NCBI RefSeq assembly: GCF_009914755.1
Contig: NC_060935.1
Source: the human T2T-CHM13v2.0 reference genome, Homo sapiens
Strand: one strand, 5' to 3'
DNA length: 64,000 nt
A program made the translations under genes and the position numbers. The notes beneath the pieces were generated by a model that searched no databases, was not told the origin of the DNA, and saw only the letters and a list, made by a program, of their open reading frames with translations. Below are positions 26,026 through 39,742 of the stretch, piece after piece. Every line of letters starts with the position of its first letter. The first letter of the stretch is position 1.

Positions 26026-26739
26026 TCTGATGAAGTTCATTGCTTCATAAGATGTGCAAAATTTGCAATTCCTCAATGTCTCTCTGGAATCACTGGAGTC
26101 TGGCCCTTTCTCAACATGTGATTCCCTTTCTAGAAATCCATGCTCTCCAATTCCACTCAATCTAGATCCTAGGCTAAGATCCTTGGCCACCAGTATAGGG
26201 AACTGTGACAGATGCTTCCTGACCAGCGTACCAAGCCAGGCCCTCAGACACTTCCACCTGTAGAATTTTTCTTGTTTCTCAATTAATTTTTCTTCTTTTC
26301 TTGGTTACTGAGTCCCACATTCAGCTCTTTGTCTATTGTTCAACAACCTCTAACTACTTCTTTCCTTTTGCACATTTTAGGTTCCTATCACATAAAATCA
26401 CTGTTTATTTGCCTAGAATGGACAAAATGTGACATCAAGTTTACAATCAAACAACATTTAAAAATTTACACACAAAAACACAAAGCCACAAAGCTAGTGC
26501 CCCTCCTCTCTCGTCTCTGTTGACACTGCTACAGGTGAGGGTAGCACCACAAGCTGTAGTACTTACTTCCTGGATATAGAAGGTATCAAGGTAGCAAGAA
26601 TCATGAGGTCTTTTTAAAATATGAAGTTATTTGGTTTTTTTGGAAATTATTGCAAATTGTTTCCAAAGGAGTACCTGGGAAGAGATACTCATATATAGGT
26701 AGATGCCGTATAGCTCTAAAATTGTTCTCTGTTTCTAAG

Positions 26740-26941
26740 AAGTGCTTTGTTTCCTACTTCAACTAGTATGTTTAAATGGAAACTTTTGTCTCTTCTGACC
26801 AATGTGTGGCTCAAGGGTCCTTTTAGATTTACGTATGTAATTAGTCCAGGGATAGATGTCAGACATTTCATACGCACTTGACCATCACAGTCATTCTTCA
26901 GGATTTTGAACTTATGGCAAAAAAAGTATGTTTCTTAATCT

Positions 26942-26977
<36 letters not shown>

Positions 26978-27340
26978 ATTGACCTGGCAGCTATTGGAAC
27001 CACTAGAATACAAGCTCTTCAGAGCAGAGATGTTCTGTGCACTAATATTCCCCAGTTCCTACAATAATGCATGATATATTGTTGAAATAATTAATTAAAG
27101 AAAAGATGATTATTTCCTCCCATGTGGAAGAAACAGACATGGAAGGATGAGGCTGATGTGTAGAGAGAGGGATAGAGATGAAGAAGGACCCTTCAGTGTT
27201 TGAATCCCTTGTCCATTTTCCCTAGGATTCCTGTCTCTGACACTGCCCTTCTCTGGGTTAAGAGAGCTGATAGTGTCTTTTATCTAAGCTGTTTTGAATT
27301 TGGATTCTGTCACTTGCAGGCAAAAATATCCTGTATTACA
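26740..27340 (+). mobile_element. MLT1(J/K)-like MaLR LTR relic, containing a (TG)n and an L2 fragment
   Basis: 3' end taagctgttttgaatttggattctgtcacttgca...cctgtattaca. Confidence 0.5.
26945..26976. repeat. (TG)16 microsatellite
   Basis: Direct count. Confidence 0.95.
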
Positions 27341-27385
27341 TGCCTAAGTACACCCACAGGCAATTTAATATCAACCCAAACTATT

Positions 27386-27453
27386 TCTCTCTCTCTCTCA
27401 CTCTCACTCTTTCTTTCTCTCTCTCTCTCTCACACACACACACACGCACACAC
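27386..27453. repeat. Compound (CT)n(CA)n microsatellite
   Basis: Direct reading. Confidence 0.9.
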
Positions 27454-28215
27454 ATTTATTTATTGTGGAGGGAGAGGAATGTGCTATGTGGGGGGCAGGG
27501 TGGCATGACTGGATTGGTGTAAATATTAAAGTGACCTTGACCTTGAAGTAAGGTTGATGAGTAACTGAAAGGAAAGCTTTTGGAAAGTGCATAGGAGGCC
27601 ATTCCAACTGGCAGGACAGCCTTTAAGGGGGAAACTTGATGTGGGACAAGGAGGATCTTTCTTGGTCAAAGCTGAGAGTGAAGACCAAGGCATCATAGGA
27701 AAGAAAGCCTAATTGCTGGGAATGCAGCAAAGGGTTTAGAAGGAAGCTGCATGTAAGACCAAGCATTCCTACATTGGGGTTTGCTTCCCTCACCTTATCT
27801 CTTGTCTCTGTTTCTGTCAATGGGATAAAGTCTCTTGATGGATCAAGATGTCTTCAATACCATGTGTACCATGAGGAATCAAATGCATGTTCCAAATGAC
27901 TCCCTTGTGCCTCATGCACCTGACAGATTTGTATCTCTTGTCCAGTTACTAGACCTTTATTACTCCTCTAAAGACAGATTAAATTCAAGGAGTTGTTTCT
28001 AGTCCAACATTTTTCTAGAAAGGGGCCAATCAGAGAGTTACTAAACTGCACTGTGTCCCATAGAGGCTCTTGGCAACTGAGACCCTGCCTCCTCCACTGA
28101 CTAATACCGCTGAATGTTCATCTCATTAATTTTCTTAGAGTGTAACGGACGATATAATGCTACAAAGCTTCTCTCAGAACATGCAAACCTTAAAAGCTAA
28201 GTGTGAGGTAGGTGT

Positions 28216-28220
<5 letters not shown>

Positions 28221-28246
<26 letters not shown>
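28221..28246. repeat. (TG)13 microsatellite
   Basis: Direct count. Confidence 0.95.
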
Positions 28247-28247
<1 letters not shown>

Positions 28248-28333
28248 CTACATCCAGTTCTAAAGACAGCACCCAAGCAACAGAGTCTTTAGCAAAAAAT
28301 TCAAAACGCCAAGCAATTTAAATCTCCAATAGA

Positions 28334-28671
<338 letters not shown>

Positions 28672-28699
28672 AAAAACTCCAATAGAACACATAATGGAA

Positions 28700-29362
28700 A
28701 CAGAAAAAGGGAAAGGAATGGAAAGGGAGGGAGAGAAGGAGAAAGGAAGGAAGGAAGGGAGGGAGGGAAGGAAGGACGGAGGAAGGGAGAGAGGAAAGAA
28801 GGAAGGGCGGCAAGGCGGGAGGGAGGAAGGGAGGGAGGGAGGAAGGGAGGGAGGGAGGAAGGAAGAAAGGAAGGAAAGGGGAAGAGAAGGAAGAAAGGAA
28901 AGGAAGGAAGGAAAGACGGAAAGAAGGAAGGAAAGGGGAAGAGAAGGAAGAAAGGAAAGGAAGGAAGGAAAGACGGAAAGAAGGAAGGAAAGGGGAAGAG
29001 AAGGAAGAAAGGAAAGAAGGGAAGGAGGAAGGAAGGAAAGAAAGGGGGAGGGAAGGAAGGAAGAAAAGGAAGGAAGAAAGGAGGGAGGGAAGGAAGGAAT
29101 AAAGAAAGGAGGGAAGGAGGGAAGGAAGGAAGGAAGGAAAGAAAGGGGGAGGCAAGGAAGGAAGAAACGGAGGGAAGGAAGGAAGGAGGGAGGGAGGGAA
29201 GGAAGGAATAAAGAAAGGAGGGAAGGAGGGAAGGAAGGAAGGAAGGAAAGAAAGGGGGAGGCAAGGAAGGAAGGAAGAAAGGGAGGGAAGGAAGGAAGGA
29301 GGGAGGGAGGGAAGGAAGAAAGGAACGAAGGAACAAAGGAAGGAAGGAAGGGAGGGAAAGGA
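28700..29362. repeat. GA-rich polypurine low-complexity tract (GGAA/GGGA) with 57-bp and 109-bp higher-order units
   Basis: Marker C at 28917/28974 (57 apart); marker T at 29100/29209 and C at 29153/29262 (109 apart). Confidence 0.95.
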
Positions 29363-30514
29363 TACAAAACATGCACCAGTCAAGTGTGACATTTCTGTGA
29401 TCATTTTAGCTTAATTGCTGCAATACTATACATTGCAAATCATTTAGCCTAGAAAATCTCCCCTGATCCATCACCTCTTAGGTAATTACTGCTTCATTAT
29501 GCTGAGTTAATAATGATCCATTTACAATCATGGAATGGATTAACTCCCAGCACAGAGAACTATAACAGAGGCCGATTCTGCTGGCACCTCTTCCTGTCAG
29601 CTGGCCTCAGGAGGAGTTTTCTGTAGCACACAGCTTTCACAAAAGATCTGCTGAGTGAACACCAAGTGCTAATTGGAGAAGAGAGTAGAGAGAAGAGGGT
29701 TAATAGTAGAGAAAAAATATTATGACAATATTAAGTAAGTCAGATTGCTGTCTGTCAACTCTTTAAATGAAAGTGAACTGGTTAACGAAATCATTACCTT
29801 TTTTCCTTGGGTATTCAAAACTGTGCCTGATTTCCGAAAAAGCCCAAAACCTCTGTTCTTAGCTTAGAAACAGGGTTAAAGCAATAGTCCTTGGGGCCTT
29901 ATGAAACTTTGAACCTCAAGCCCACCTTTTAGCTGGAAGGTGTTGAGGGCAGGGGCTCATGGAAAGCACGGGTGATGGAGTGCTTTGTCCGCTCCACATA
30001 TAAAAGGGAAGCCAGCAATGAGAAGAATCAGCAAAGATATAAGAATGAGATTTGATGAAATGGAGAGGAGGAGGCAAGTACTGGAAACAGGAGAACGGTG
30101 CCTTCTCACATCAGGTGGAGCCACTGCAGCATGATGTGCAAGCAACCTCTATGATTCCCGATTCAAGGTTAATCAGAACACCATGTCCAGAGCTCCCTCT
30201 TTTACTGGGAAAGTAAAATGAAGACAGCTTACTCCTCCACCCCTCACCTCCCAACACTATCCCCAGGCCTTTGGGAAAACTCATGTTTCTTTGTTCTCAT
30301 CTACTTCCCACCCACTGCTTATCTGACTTTGGCTTGGCCACTTCCTGGTTGATTAATTGATTGATTCCTTCATTCATTCTTCATTCGCACATGTGTTCAA
30401 ATGTTTCATGGAGTTATTTCCTGTACATCAACCAGTGTCAGAAGACCTTTACTGAACTTTAGATAATGAAACAGCACAGGTAGTGGACGCCTGTACCACA
30501 CTTGTGTAACTATT

Positions 30515-30785
30515 GTGTCTGGTACGGGCAAGGTCGCAGTTTCACATCAGTCAGTGCTTGGCAGTCCCCTTGGGGGGTGCTATGTCCAGTGCATGCTGTC
30601 CTCTTTGCAAGGGCTAGACAGGACCCAGAGGACTGTCAGAAGCAGATGGTGGGATACTGGAAGAAAGAGACTTTCTACATGCCAGACTGGGTTTAGGTGG
30701 ACTGGGTATGTTAAACCCAGAGAAGAGAGGACTTCGATTCGAGATTGCAACTACCTTCGCAAAACAGAAGACCCACGGTGACTGT
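30515..30785 (+). mobile_element. L3/CR1 LINE relic
   Basis: gtgctatgtccagt...ccagaggac...ggactgggtatgttaaacccagagaagagaggact resembles the CR1 RT C-terminal region. Confidence 0.6.
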
Positions 30786-30849
30786 AAGCTTTATTGTGAG
30801 AGTCAGTGTTCCTGCTGGTTTTACTAAACTAGCCAAGTTTTCAGCATTT

Positions 30850-31063
30850 TCTTTGCATGGAGCACTGTATATTTTCTATATATAATGTTAGATACTCTGC
30901 ATTAATGCATTGAAATAAATATAATCCATTTTTTACATGGAAAAACTGAGGCTTACAGAAGTAAATAAGTTGCCAAGGGTCACCAGTTCTAACATAAAGA
31001 GCTAGAATCTAAAGCCACGACTGTTGGATTTAAAATGACCTACTCTTAGTCACACTGTTACTG
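30850..31063 (-). mobile_element. MIR
   Basis: ccattttttacatggaaaaactgaggcttacagaagtaaataagttgccaagggtcac. Confidence 0.75.
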
Positions 31064-31248
31064 TGACTACAAATTATTAAGATCATGCGTATAACATGAA
31101 AAACCATAGTAAATGCTCCGTAAATAGACCACATCTTCTCTTTCTTCTTTCCTTGCATTCTTTCTTTTTAAATTAGAGGTGGTTGCTTATTGTGGATAGA
31201 GGAATGACTAGCAAAAAGGGTAGAAAGTGTTAAAAGGAACACATTTTA

Positions 31249-31427
31249 TTTCCATTTTAAAAATTTATTTTTTTCTTTTTAATTTTTGTACACACATCGT
31301 AGGTGTATATAATTATGGGTTACATGAGATATTTTGATACGAGCATGCAATGCATAATAATCACATCAGCGGAAGTGGGGTATCCATCATCTCAAGCATT
31401 TATCCTTCGGGTCACCAATAATTCGAT
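31249..31427 (-). mobile_element. 5'-truncated L1MA-type 3' end
   Basis: gtaggtgtatat...catgagatattttgatac...ggggtatccatcatctcaagcatttatc; 15-bp TSD aag(g/a)aacacatttta (31234-48 / 31428-42). Confidence 0.85.
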
Positions 31428-33254
31428 AAGAAACACATTTTAAAGACCTGAGAACAGTCCCCTTTCGGGAGGGTCTCCCTCATGAGGTGGTTCCTGTCCC
31501 CCGGTTGGAGATACTCATGCACAAGCAGCTCTGTGGCTGTTTTTGTGAAGATGCTAGTAGAAGGCACTTGGCTATTGAATAGGGACTTGCCCTAGAGGCC
31601 CTTAGCTTTCTTCTAACCCCCATGTTCCACGGAGGACTTCACTTTGCTTTGGCAACATTTAACCCCCTATTACCAGGTATGTTTCTGGACTGCAGGTGAC
31701 TACCAATGAGCCAGTATTCTTTGTCAGCAACATTGTAAGTGTTCTTTTATAAGAAAATGGGAAGCGGGTATGGATTATTAAATACACCTGTATGTTTAAG
31801 GCGAATCACTGATTCAGCATATCCAGAGTGGCAGAGCAGCCTCTTGCCTAAGAGTGAGTGTGTGTTTTAATAATCTGTTACTGTTTATTTGACACATGGC
31901 TGTCTGGGTAAATTTAAATGATGTGTATTTAGGAACCTTGATATAAACCACTACCTTAGAAACATAGTCATTTATCAGGGACTAAGTTGTTGTTAATAAC
32001 CTTCCCCAGGGGAATTGCAAGCAAATGGTTATGTATTTGGTGATATTGGGCCTTCAGTCAGACACTCTGGAAAACTTAATCTTCCATTTCAGAAGAATAA
32101 TAGGATGTTATATGGTAGAACAGTGACAGGGGCTGCAAAATAGACTGCATTATTTTCTCACAGCATTAGGACAAAGGCAGGATTGGGGTGCACATGAATT
32201 TGGATTCAAAATGAGCTTGGTTTTGTGCTAGAAGAATCCTTGTAAAGACAAGTTGAGAGCTTTCTCATGGAAAGAATCATTGATTGTTTCAGCTGTAGGC
32301 GAATTTGAAAATCATCTAGTCTAATGTGACAGTCGAATACTTTAATTTTTACTGATGGAGAAACTCTAGCACAGAGAACTGTAGTGGGGGGTAGGTGGAG
32401 GATTCCTGTTCAAAGTGTCAGAGTAAGCAATGGAGGAAGCCAGGGTGGAGGAATGCCAAGATTCCATCCTTCATGGAGACTTCAGCAACCATGTAAATAT
32501 AAAACAGTGAAGTAGCAGCACCACGCATGTGAGCAAGTGGCTTTGCCAGGTGATACAGTCAGGAACTGCAGAGATCCCCAGGGACTGGGATAAACAAGGG
32601 ACACCTCATGGAGGACGTAAAGGTTTGAAGTGTCTTGGCCTGCAGATGACCCTCAATTATCAAAGAAGAAACCCCAGGGCATTACTGATGCAGAAAACGT
32701 TGGTGCCAACTTGGATGTAGGGCCAAGCATAGCGTAGTTGGGAAATTGTCTGCCCTGAGCAGGCATGGAGCAGGGGAAGATGAGATGGGACAGATAGAAG
32801 CACCAGCAGGTACCACGGCAGTGTCTGAGTGAAGGACAAAAAAAGTCCCGACATCTAAGTATCTATGTGATTTTAAACTTTTAGAATTTTACAAATGTTG
32901 TAGCTGTATCTGCCTAGATAACGTAGGACCTGATAATTATAAATATTTCTGGTGGAGGACTTTCATGATTTTATCCTCAATCAGGGTATTGGGTGGAGGG
33001 TAACTGAAACGTCACCCCCTCTGTGTGAATGAAGCCTTTTCCAAAACGTCTTCTGCTTAATTAGTTTGCTTACTGCCAGAGTAACAACTTACACATTGTC
33101 TCCAAGTTTCTCCTTTGTCTCTACCTCCCCTGATACTCTTTGTTATTTAGGCTGACACCATGGATGAATAATCTTGCTATCTCAGACATCTAGCACAGTT
33201 TTCAGGAAATAATAAGTGCTCAAAGTATATTATGAGGATAAATGAAAAATAATG

Positions 33255-33470
33255 AACATTATGTATACAGTACTTTCTATTAATAGTTTTCTAAAGTGTT
33301 GCACATCAATTATCTTTTTAAATTCTCACAATTTTTCTGGAAAACAGCTCTAATTACTATTCACATTTTAAAGATGGTGAAGCTTGTTCATAGAGGTTAA
33401 TTGTCTAAGATCATGCAACTAGCAAGTGACAGAAATAGGGAGTCTTATAACTCCAGAGTCCTATGGTCTT
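33255..33470 (-). mobile_element. MIR relic
   Basis: cacattttaaagatggtgaagc...agaggttaattgtctaagatcatgcaactagcaagtgacaga. Confidence 0.6.
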
Positions 33471-33849
33471 TTGCAGGGTGGGAGCAGATTATCTAGAATA
33501 ATTGCCTTAAAATTATTTTGCTCCTGCAGACCCAGCTGTCACACGAGAATGCAATCAACAAACTAATGCACAATGACACTCACCATCTATTCAGCTGCCT
33601 AAGCTAAAACTGTCAGTCCTGGTTAAACCTGTGTACGATTGGGCACACAGCCTTGGGATAAGTGGGACAACTGAAGTATAGACAAAGGGGCCTTGGGATC
33701 ACAGAAGAGGAAACTATCAGCTCTGAGTAAGGAAACCTGGCCAGTTCTTACTGAGAGCTTAGTGATAGATGAGAACGTTAGAGGATCAATAGAAACCTGG
33801 AGTGCTAAGAAAGGAAGAAAGTTTTGCTGGATTTGATTGAATGATTTGA

Positions 33850-34165
33850 GTCTAAAAACAAGGCAGTGTGAATATGTAAACATGTCTGAGTACTTGCCAG
33901 GGGCCTGGGGGTTGGAATGGCAGGTGAGTCGTGGATTATGGAGAAAGATGGTGAGCTTAGAGTGGTCGGGTGATCTAAAGAGCTACACACACCATACCAG
34001 GGAGTCTGGACATAACACGGGCAGCACAAGAGCTGTGGAAGGGCTTTAATCTGAGGAATGACTGGGACAGACATGCGCCGTAGGAAGATCATTCTGCTAA
34101 CTTTGTGGAGAGTGGACAAACCCTGACACACATAGCACTTGGGGAGGTTATCACAATAATCTAGA
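33850..34165 (-). mobile_element. L2 fragment
   Basis: gagctgtggaagggctttaatctgaggaatgac...aggaagatcattctgct. Confidence 0.55.
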
Positions 34166-34166
34166 T

Positions 34167-34293
34167 CAGTGTTCCTCACACTTTAGATTTACATTACCTG
34201 GGGATATGGTTAAAATGTAACCCTGATGGAAGAGGTCCAAGTGTGGCCTGATATTCTGCATTTCTAACAAGCACCCAAGTTTTGAGCGGCAAA
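34167..34293. mobile_element. MER5A/MER5B-like relic
   Basis: cagtgttcctcacacttt...acctgggga...ttctgcatttctaacaagc. Confidence 0.6.
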
Positions 34294-34496
34294 GAGCTGG
34301 GGGAGAGAAAACAAGAGCCCTGCTGAAGCCGTGGTAGCAGCAATGAAGAGCAGGGGATGCCCCGGAGGCACTTCTGAGGTCCCAGGAAAACCAAACTTGA
34401 CCTTTACATTGTCTAGCTGTGTTCTATCAGGTATTCGCTCATATCTGCAGCCCATAGGTCTTCTTCTGTACTTCTAAGGAGTTTACTATGCCATGA

Positions 34497-34824
<328 letters not shown>

Positions 34825-35574
34825 TCCAGGCAGATTTCTTTTTTAAAAAATAAAAAGATATCAAATGTGTTGTTATTTCCTGGCTCCCTATGACATTAAA
34901 ATTCCCTAAAGGTCACAGATTAAATAATAATCGTCTTGCTGCACTCTAGTAAGCACACAGCAGTGGTACTAAAAAATATTTATTCGACCTGGGACGTTCC
35001 TGAAACACATAAGAATATTGGCTTTTTTTTGATGTTAAAAGTAAATTATGCTTTTGGTTCTGGGAAAGTAAATGTAAAGCTCACAAGTTAAAGTCAATTT
35101 CTGGACAAATATTTTATGTTCAGGAATCATTTGTAGCATGAATAATTATTGAATTTATCTTATTTAATAGAGTTATGTGTTTATTAATAAATGTCCTTCC
35201 CCATCATCTCACTTAGAAAATTAAACATAACAAGTTTTTTTATATAAAGAAAATATTCATATCTATGCATTTTTAAGGCAAAGCCTTGAGCACCCATTTG
35301 GGGCTCAGCATGCAAACCTAAGGATTCAAGAATTCAGTGAGGACAGGGTGAGTTATGGCCCTTTGAAAGTGATAAAGTCTGATGGTAGGAATGGTAATAG
35401 CTGACACCTTTCTTCCTCAAGAGAATGGAAACAAATTGGCTCTAAATTCGATTGAGTTAACTCTGATTCTTTGAAATTGCTTTAGATCCCTGAGCTGGTA
35501 GAGTCTGGGCATGAACTTGGCTTAAACTCTAGCAATAAAATGTCCTTTTAGTTCCATTAAGTCTAGAAATGAAA

Positions 35575-35760
35575 AGGCTGCATGGTCTAAGTAAAAGGTC
35601 ATGGCTTTTAGAGAAAGACAGATGTGGGTTAAAACCCTCCAGGCCTTATCAGACACCAGAATTATGGAGTAATTGTGGGCAAGTTATGCAACTGTGCCGG
35701 GCCTCAGCATCTTCATCCATAAAAATGGTGAAAACCACACTTGTGAGGCTTAGACGAGAC
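35575..35760 (+). mobile_element. MIR relic
   Basis: tgggcaagttatgcaac...gcctcagcatcttcatccataaaaatgg. Confidence 0.6.
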
Positions 35761-37304
35761 CTGGAGTTGTCAGTCCTCAGATATCGTTTCTCTTTCTCCC
35801 TCAGTCCTTTTACATTTTGACTTCAAGACCAAAAACTGGCATATGGGCCAACTAAAAGCTCTGATGCTAATCATTATAAGAAAAGAGATTCTTATGTTGT
35901 AATAAGCTAAATAGTAGCTTTGGTTTCAAAATGTTCTCTGAATATATAAAATGGCTTATGTTAAAAAAATGTGGGTCATATAAAGCACGTTGAATATTGT
36001 TGTATTCTCAATGTTAGGGTAGGTACAATGTTGTGTTGTACAGTCTGCCACCTTTTGGTTGTCTGGATAAAAATAAAATAATATCTTCCTGGAAGATTGA
36101 TGAGAAAATACAGATATGCCAGTCATTCCCAGTGAGATCACCTCCCATGGAAATTTTCCTAAAGCGGATATTCCCCTTATTTTAACCTTGAGCTGTGTTT
36201 GCCTTTGAAATATTCTTTGTTTTCTTTGTATTTTAATATATACTCATTATTGTATTAAATACTCTAGTATTATAGTATTTAATACTATATTCATTAGTTT
36301 TGTGGTCACTTACCGTTTTTGGGCCTCAATTAACCAGACACAAAACCCTGTATTCTCAATATGACTCACGACTATTTTAATGAACAAAGTACTTATTTAT
36401 GCAGTAAAGGGATTCTTTATCAGAAATAGTCTCAATAGGTTTTAAGAAAGTATGTGCAAAAATATAATAATTATAGCCAAAGATACAAATGGATGTAAGA
36501 ACCTTCAGATATAATTTAGTCTATCCACTCACTCCGTGTGCTGCTGATAGTAACAAGAGCAATATTAATAATCACCCTTATTTTGCATAATAATTTAGAA
36601 TTTATATAACATATATGCTTCAATTGCTTAGTCTAATGAAACAAATCATCCTGTGATTCACAGATTGAAGCCAGCTCTATCTTTTTCATGAGTAATCTTC
36701 ATCTTTTATTTGTCCAAGAAATATTTATTGAGCATATAATATGTGCCAGGCACTCTACTAAACTCTAGGATTATGGTAACTGGCAAAGCAGATACATACC
36801 TGTTCATAGGGAAATTCTGCTCTAGTGGAGGAATACAGAAAATAACCAAATAAATATAGAGATGATGGGAAGTGTCACAAAAATAAAAAAGCAGAGCCAA
36901 GGGAAGACTTTAACTGCTGGAGGAGACATAGAATCGGTGGTCAACGAAGATTTCTTTGCTAGGTGATTTTTTTTTTCCATTAAGTATGTAAAGGAAATGA
37001 GAGAGAGCAAGCCAGAGGGCTGTCTTGGAGAAGAGGTTTCCCGACAGAGACAACAGTGAATGTAAAGGGCCCAGGTGGCAGTGTGACCAGCTTGTTGAAG
37101 GAGACCAAGGAGACAGGTGTGTCCAGGGCAGAGGAAGCCAGAGAGGATGGAAGGAGATGAGGTCAGAGAGACAGAAGGGAGGCAGAGTGAACCTTGTGGG
37201 CTGTGATACTTTGCAACTGATGTGGGCGTCCTCACGGAGTTTTAAACATATGATTCCATTCTCTCTTTTATGTTTCCATTCTTATGATTCCATTCTCTCT
37301 TTTA

Positions 37305-37618
<314 letters not shown>

Positions 37619-37674
37619 TAAAGGGTTACTCTGTTAGCTTGGAGAACTCGACGGGGTGAAGAGTTGAAGCAGGA

Positions 37675-37803
37675 TGGAATGACCATTTAATTTGTTACCC
37701 AAACCAGGGCACATTTGACAGTGAAAATTGAAACTATTTATTACTATGCAGTAGAACTGTAGCAGCCATTGTGCTGGGCAAACCTGGGTGTGTGTTTACC
37801 CTA
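37675..37803. mobile_element. MER94-like hAT-Blackjack MITE
   Basis: tgaccatttaatttgttacccaaacc...gggcaaacc...acccta; 8-bp TSD aagcagga/aagcaggc. Confidence 0.7.
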
Positions 37804-37845
37804 AAGCAGGCTGACCAGTTGGAAGCTACTACATGGCCCTGAGGA

Positions 37846-38389
37846 TGTGATGGTCAGGCAGCAGGCTCCCTGCTTCTGTCAGGCAGTCTGCAAATATTTG
37901 CCCTTCTGGAAACACCCTCTACCTGCCTTTGTCTTGCTCTCTGCCCGAAGAAGCTGGCCTATGAGGAAATCTTTGGTGTTCTCCTGTGTCCTATGGCTTC
38001 AAGGTGAGTTCAGCCAAAGGGGAACCCCAGCTGGAGATGAAGGGAGGCGCTATGTGTTCCTCTGGCTCCTTTTTTAAAGGTTGCCTTAAATTAGCTGTGT
38101 CCCTTGTTCCACCTTTCTAGGCAGCCTGCTAATGTGACCCTTTCCCTTTCCAGTTTCTGGTAGCCTTTCTCTTCCCTTGTAGTTTCTGGTAGCCTTTCTC
38201 TTCCCTGATCTCTTTAGTCCTGGAGCTGGCTTCAGTTGCCACTGGCAGCCCAGGGTTCTTCTACCATCCTTTGGGGCCTCCCTATCACCCAATCTGCACC
38301 TTTATTGCTAGCCTTTGTGCAGAGAAGTCTTCTTGAATTATCCAAGTTTGGCTGTGCCATCTGTTCTTTATGGGAGAATGCCTGGTACA
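37846..38389 (+). mobile_element. LTR33-like ERVL solo LTR
   Basis: TG...CA ends; gaattatccaagtttggctgtgccatctgtt near the 3' end. Confidence 0.7.
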
Positions 38390-39703
38390 CTGCCCATCCC
38401 TGTAGATAGTTCTAGGCATAAATCACTGCAAGATGTGCCTAGCAAATGGGATCTCAGATACACCAGGCCTTGGAGTGGCCTCCATAAATCATAACGTGCA
38501 TTAATTTCTTAAGGGGACAAAGAAAAAGCAAAGAGGATACTTTTCTTCTGTGACTCCCTTTAAACTCAGGAATTCATTAAGGAGCCCTTGAAAGGAGGCA
38601 TTCAATACAAATCTTAAAATACTGTTTTTCAACTGCAGCCTGAAAGGACTGTTTTATATTTCAAAATAGGTTATCATGTGCCTTTATAATGAGGAGAGTT
38701 TCTCAGCAAAGGCAGCGCCAGATTGTGCCTTTGCCTTTCAAGGAAGTTTCCTTATTTGCACAGCACTGAAAGGGTTTCACCTCAAGAAGGTGGCAGAGAA
38801 GAGGCACCGCTGGGTGATGCTGAAGCATAGCTTTGTGATGTTGAAAAAAGGGGATCAGAATAAGAATGATTTAAATCAAAAATAGTTCCTTAGAGTCAGG
38901 GTGAACAAAAAAAATTGAGTTTGGTGCCAGATAAAATGCAAAAATCTTCATGGGAACGCTCTGGGTAATAGGGATGTTGTATATTAGTTTCAGTGAACTT
39001 GGGAATCTGAGTAACCAGGAAATTTGAAGTCTTGCTCCTCACATTGTCCTGGAGGGAGGGGCAAGAGAGGGTTAGAGGGTTATTACAATCTCTAGGAGCC
39101 CAACACTAGAAGAAGACCTGTTGGGAAGCCATCCCTTAAGTCTCCATATTACAAACACTTCATACCTAGCAATGTTTTAGAAATGAATAAATGTTTATCA
39201 GGTGAATGAATAATGAATGAAGTAATGGATGAGAAATTAATTTCAGGATACAGGAAAATATCATGCCATCCATGAGGTTTATTGCTTCAAATTGAATTAA
39301 ATTGGTAAGAAGAATTAGTCAGGAAAATAGACTGTTTCTCATTGTGTAACCTAAATAAATGATTGCTTGTCCAATACTCTTCATATTCAAACTGTTTCTT
39401 TGAATTAAAAAATTCTAGTAAAGATTCATACTCTCGTGATGTTCAGATTGTGAAAACATCATTTCTTTTCAACTTCAACTGCTGAATGCATGTTTTTTGA
39501 TTAATGAGGATAAAAATATTTTATTACCAGGTTTTGCAGGATATTTTAACAACATTCTAAAAGAGAGATGGTTATTCCCTGGAGAGTAGACAGACAGAAC
39601 TATCAATGGACAGCCCAAGAAAAGGTGTCTAATATTCTTTAGGGGCAAGCATTGTCCAGCCTTGGTAGCAGCAGAAATTTTGCAGGAAGAGGAATGACAG
39701 GTT

Positions 39704-39706
<3 letters not shown>

Positions 39707-39738
<32 letters not shown>
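39707..39738. repeat. (AG)16 microsatellite
   Basis: Direct count. Confidence 0.95.

Positions 39739-39742
<4 letters not shown>

Noticed and set aside
28867-29300. Regularly spaced repeats as a CRISPR-like array
   Set aside because: Tandem units without unique spacers, in eukaryotic context with no cas genes
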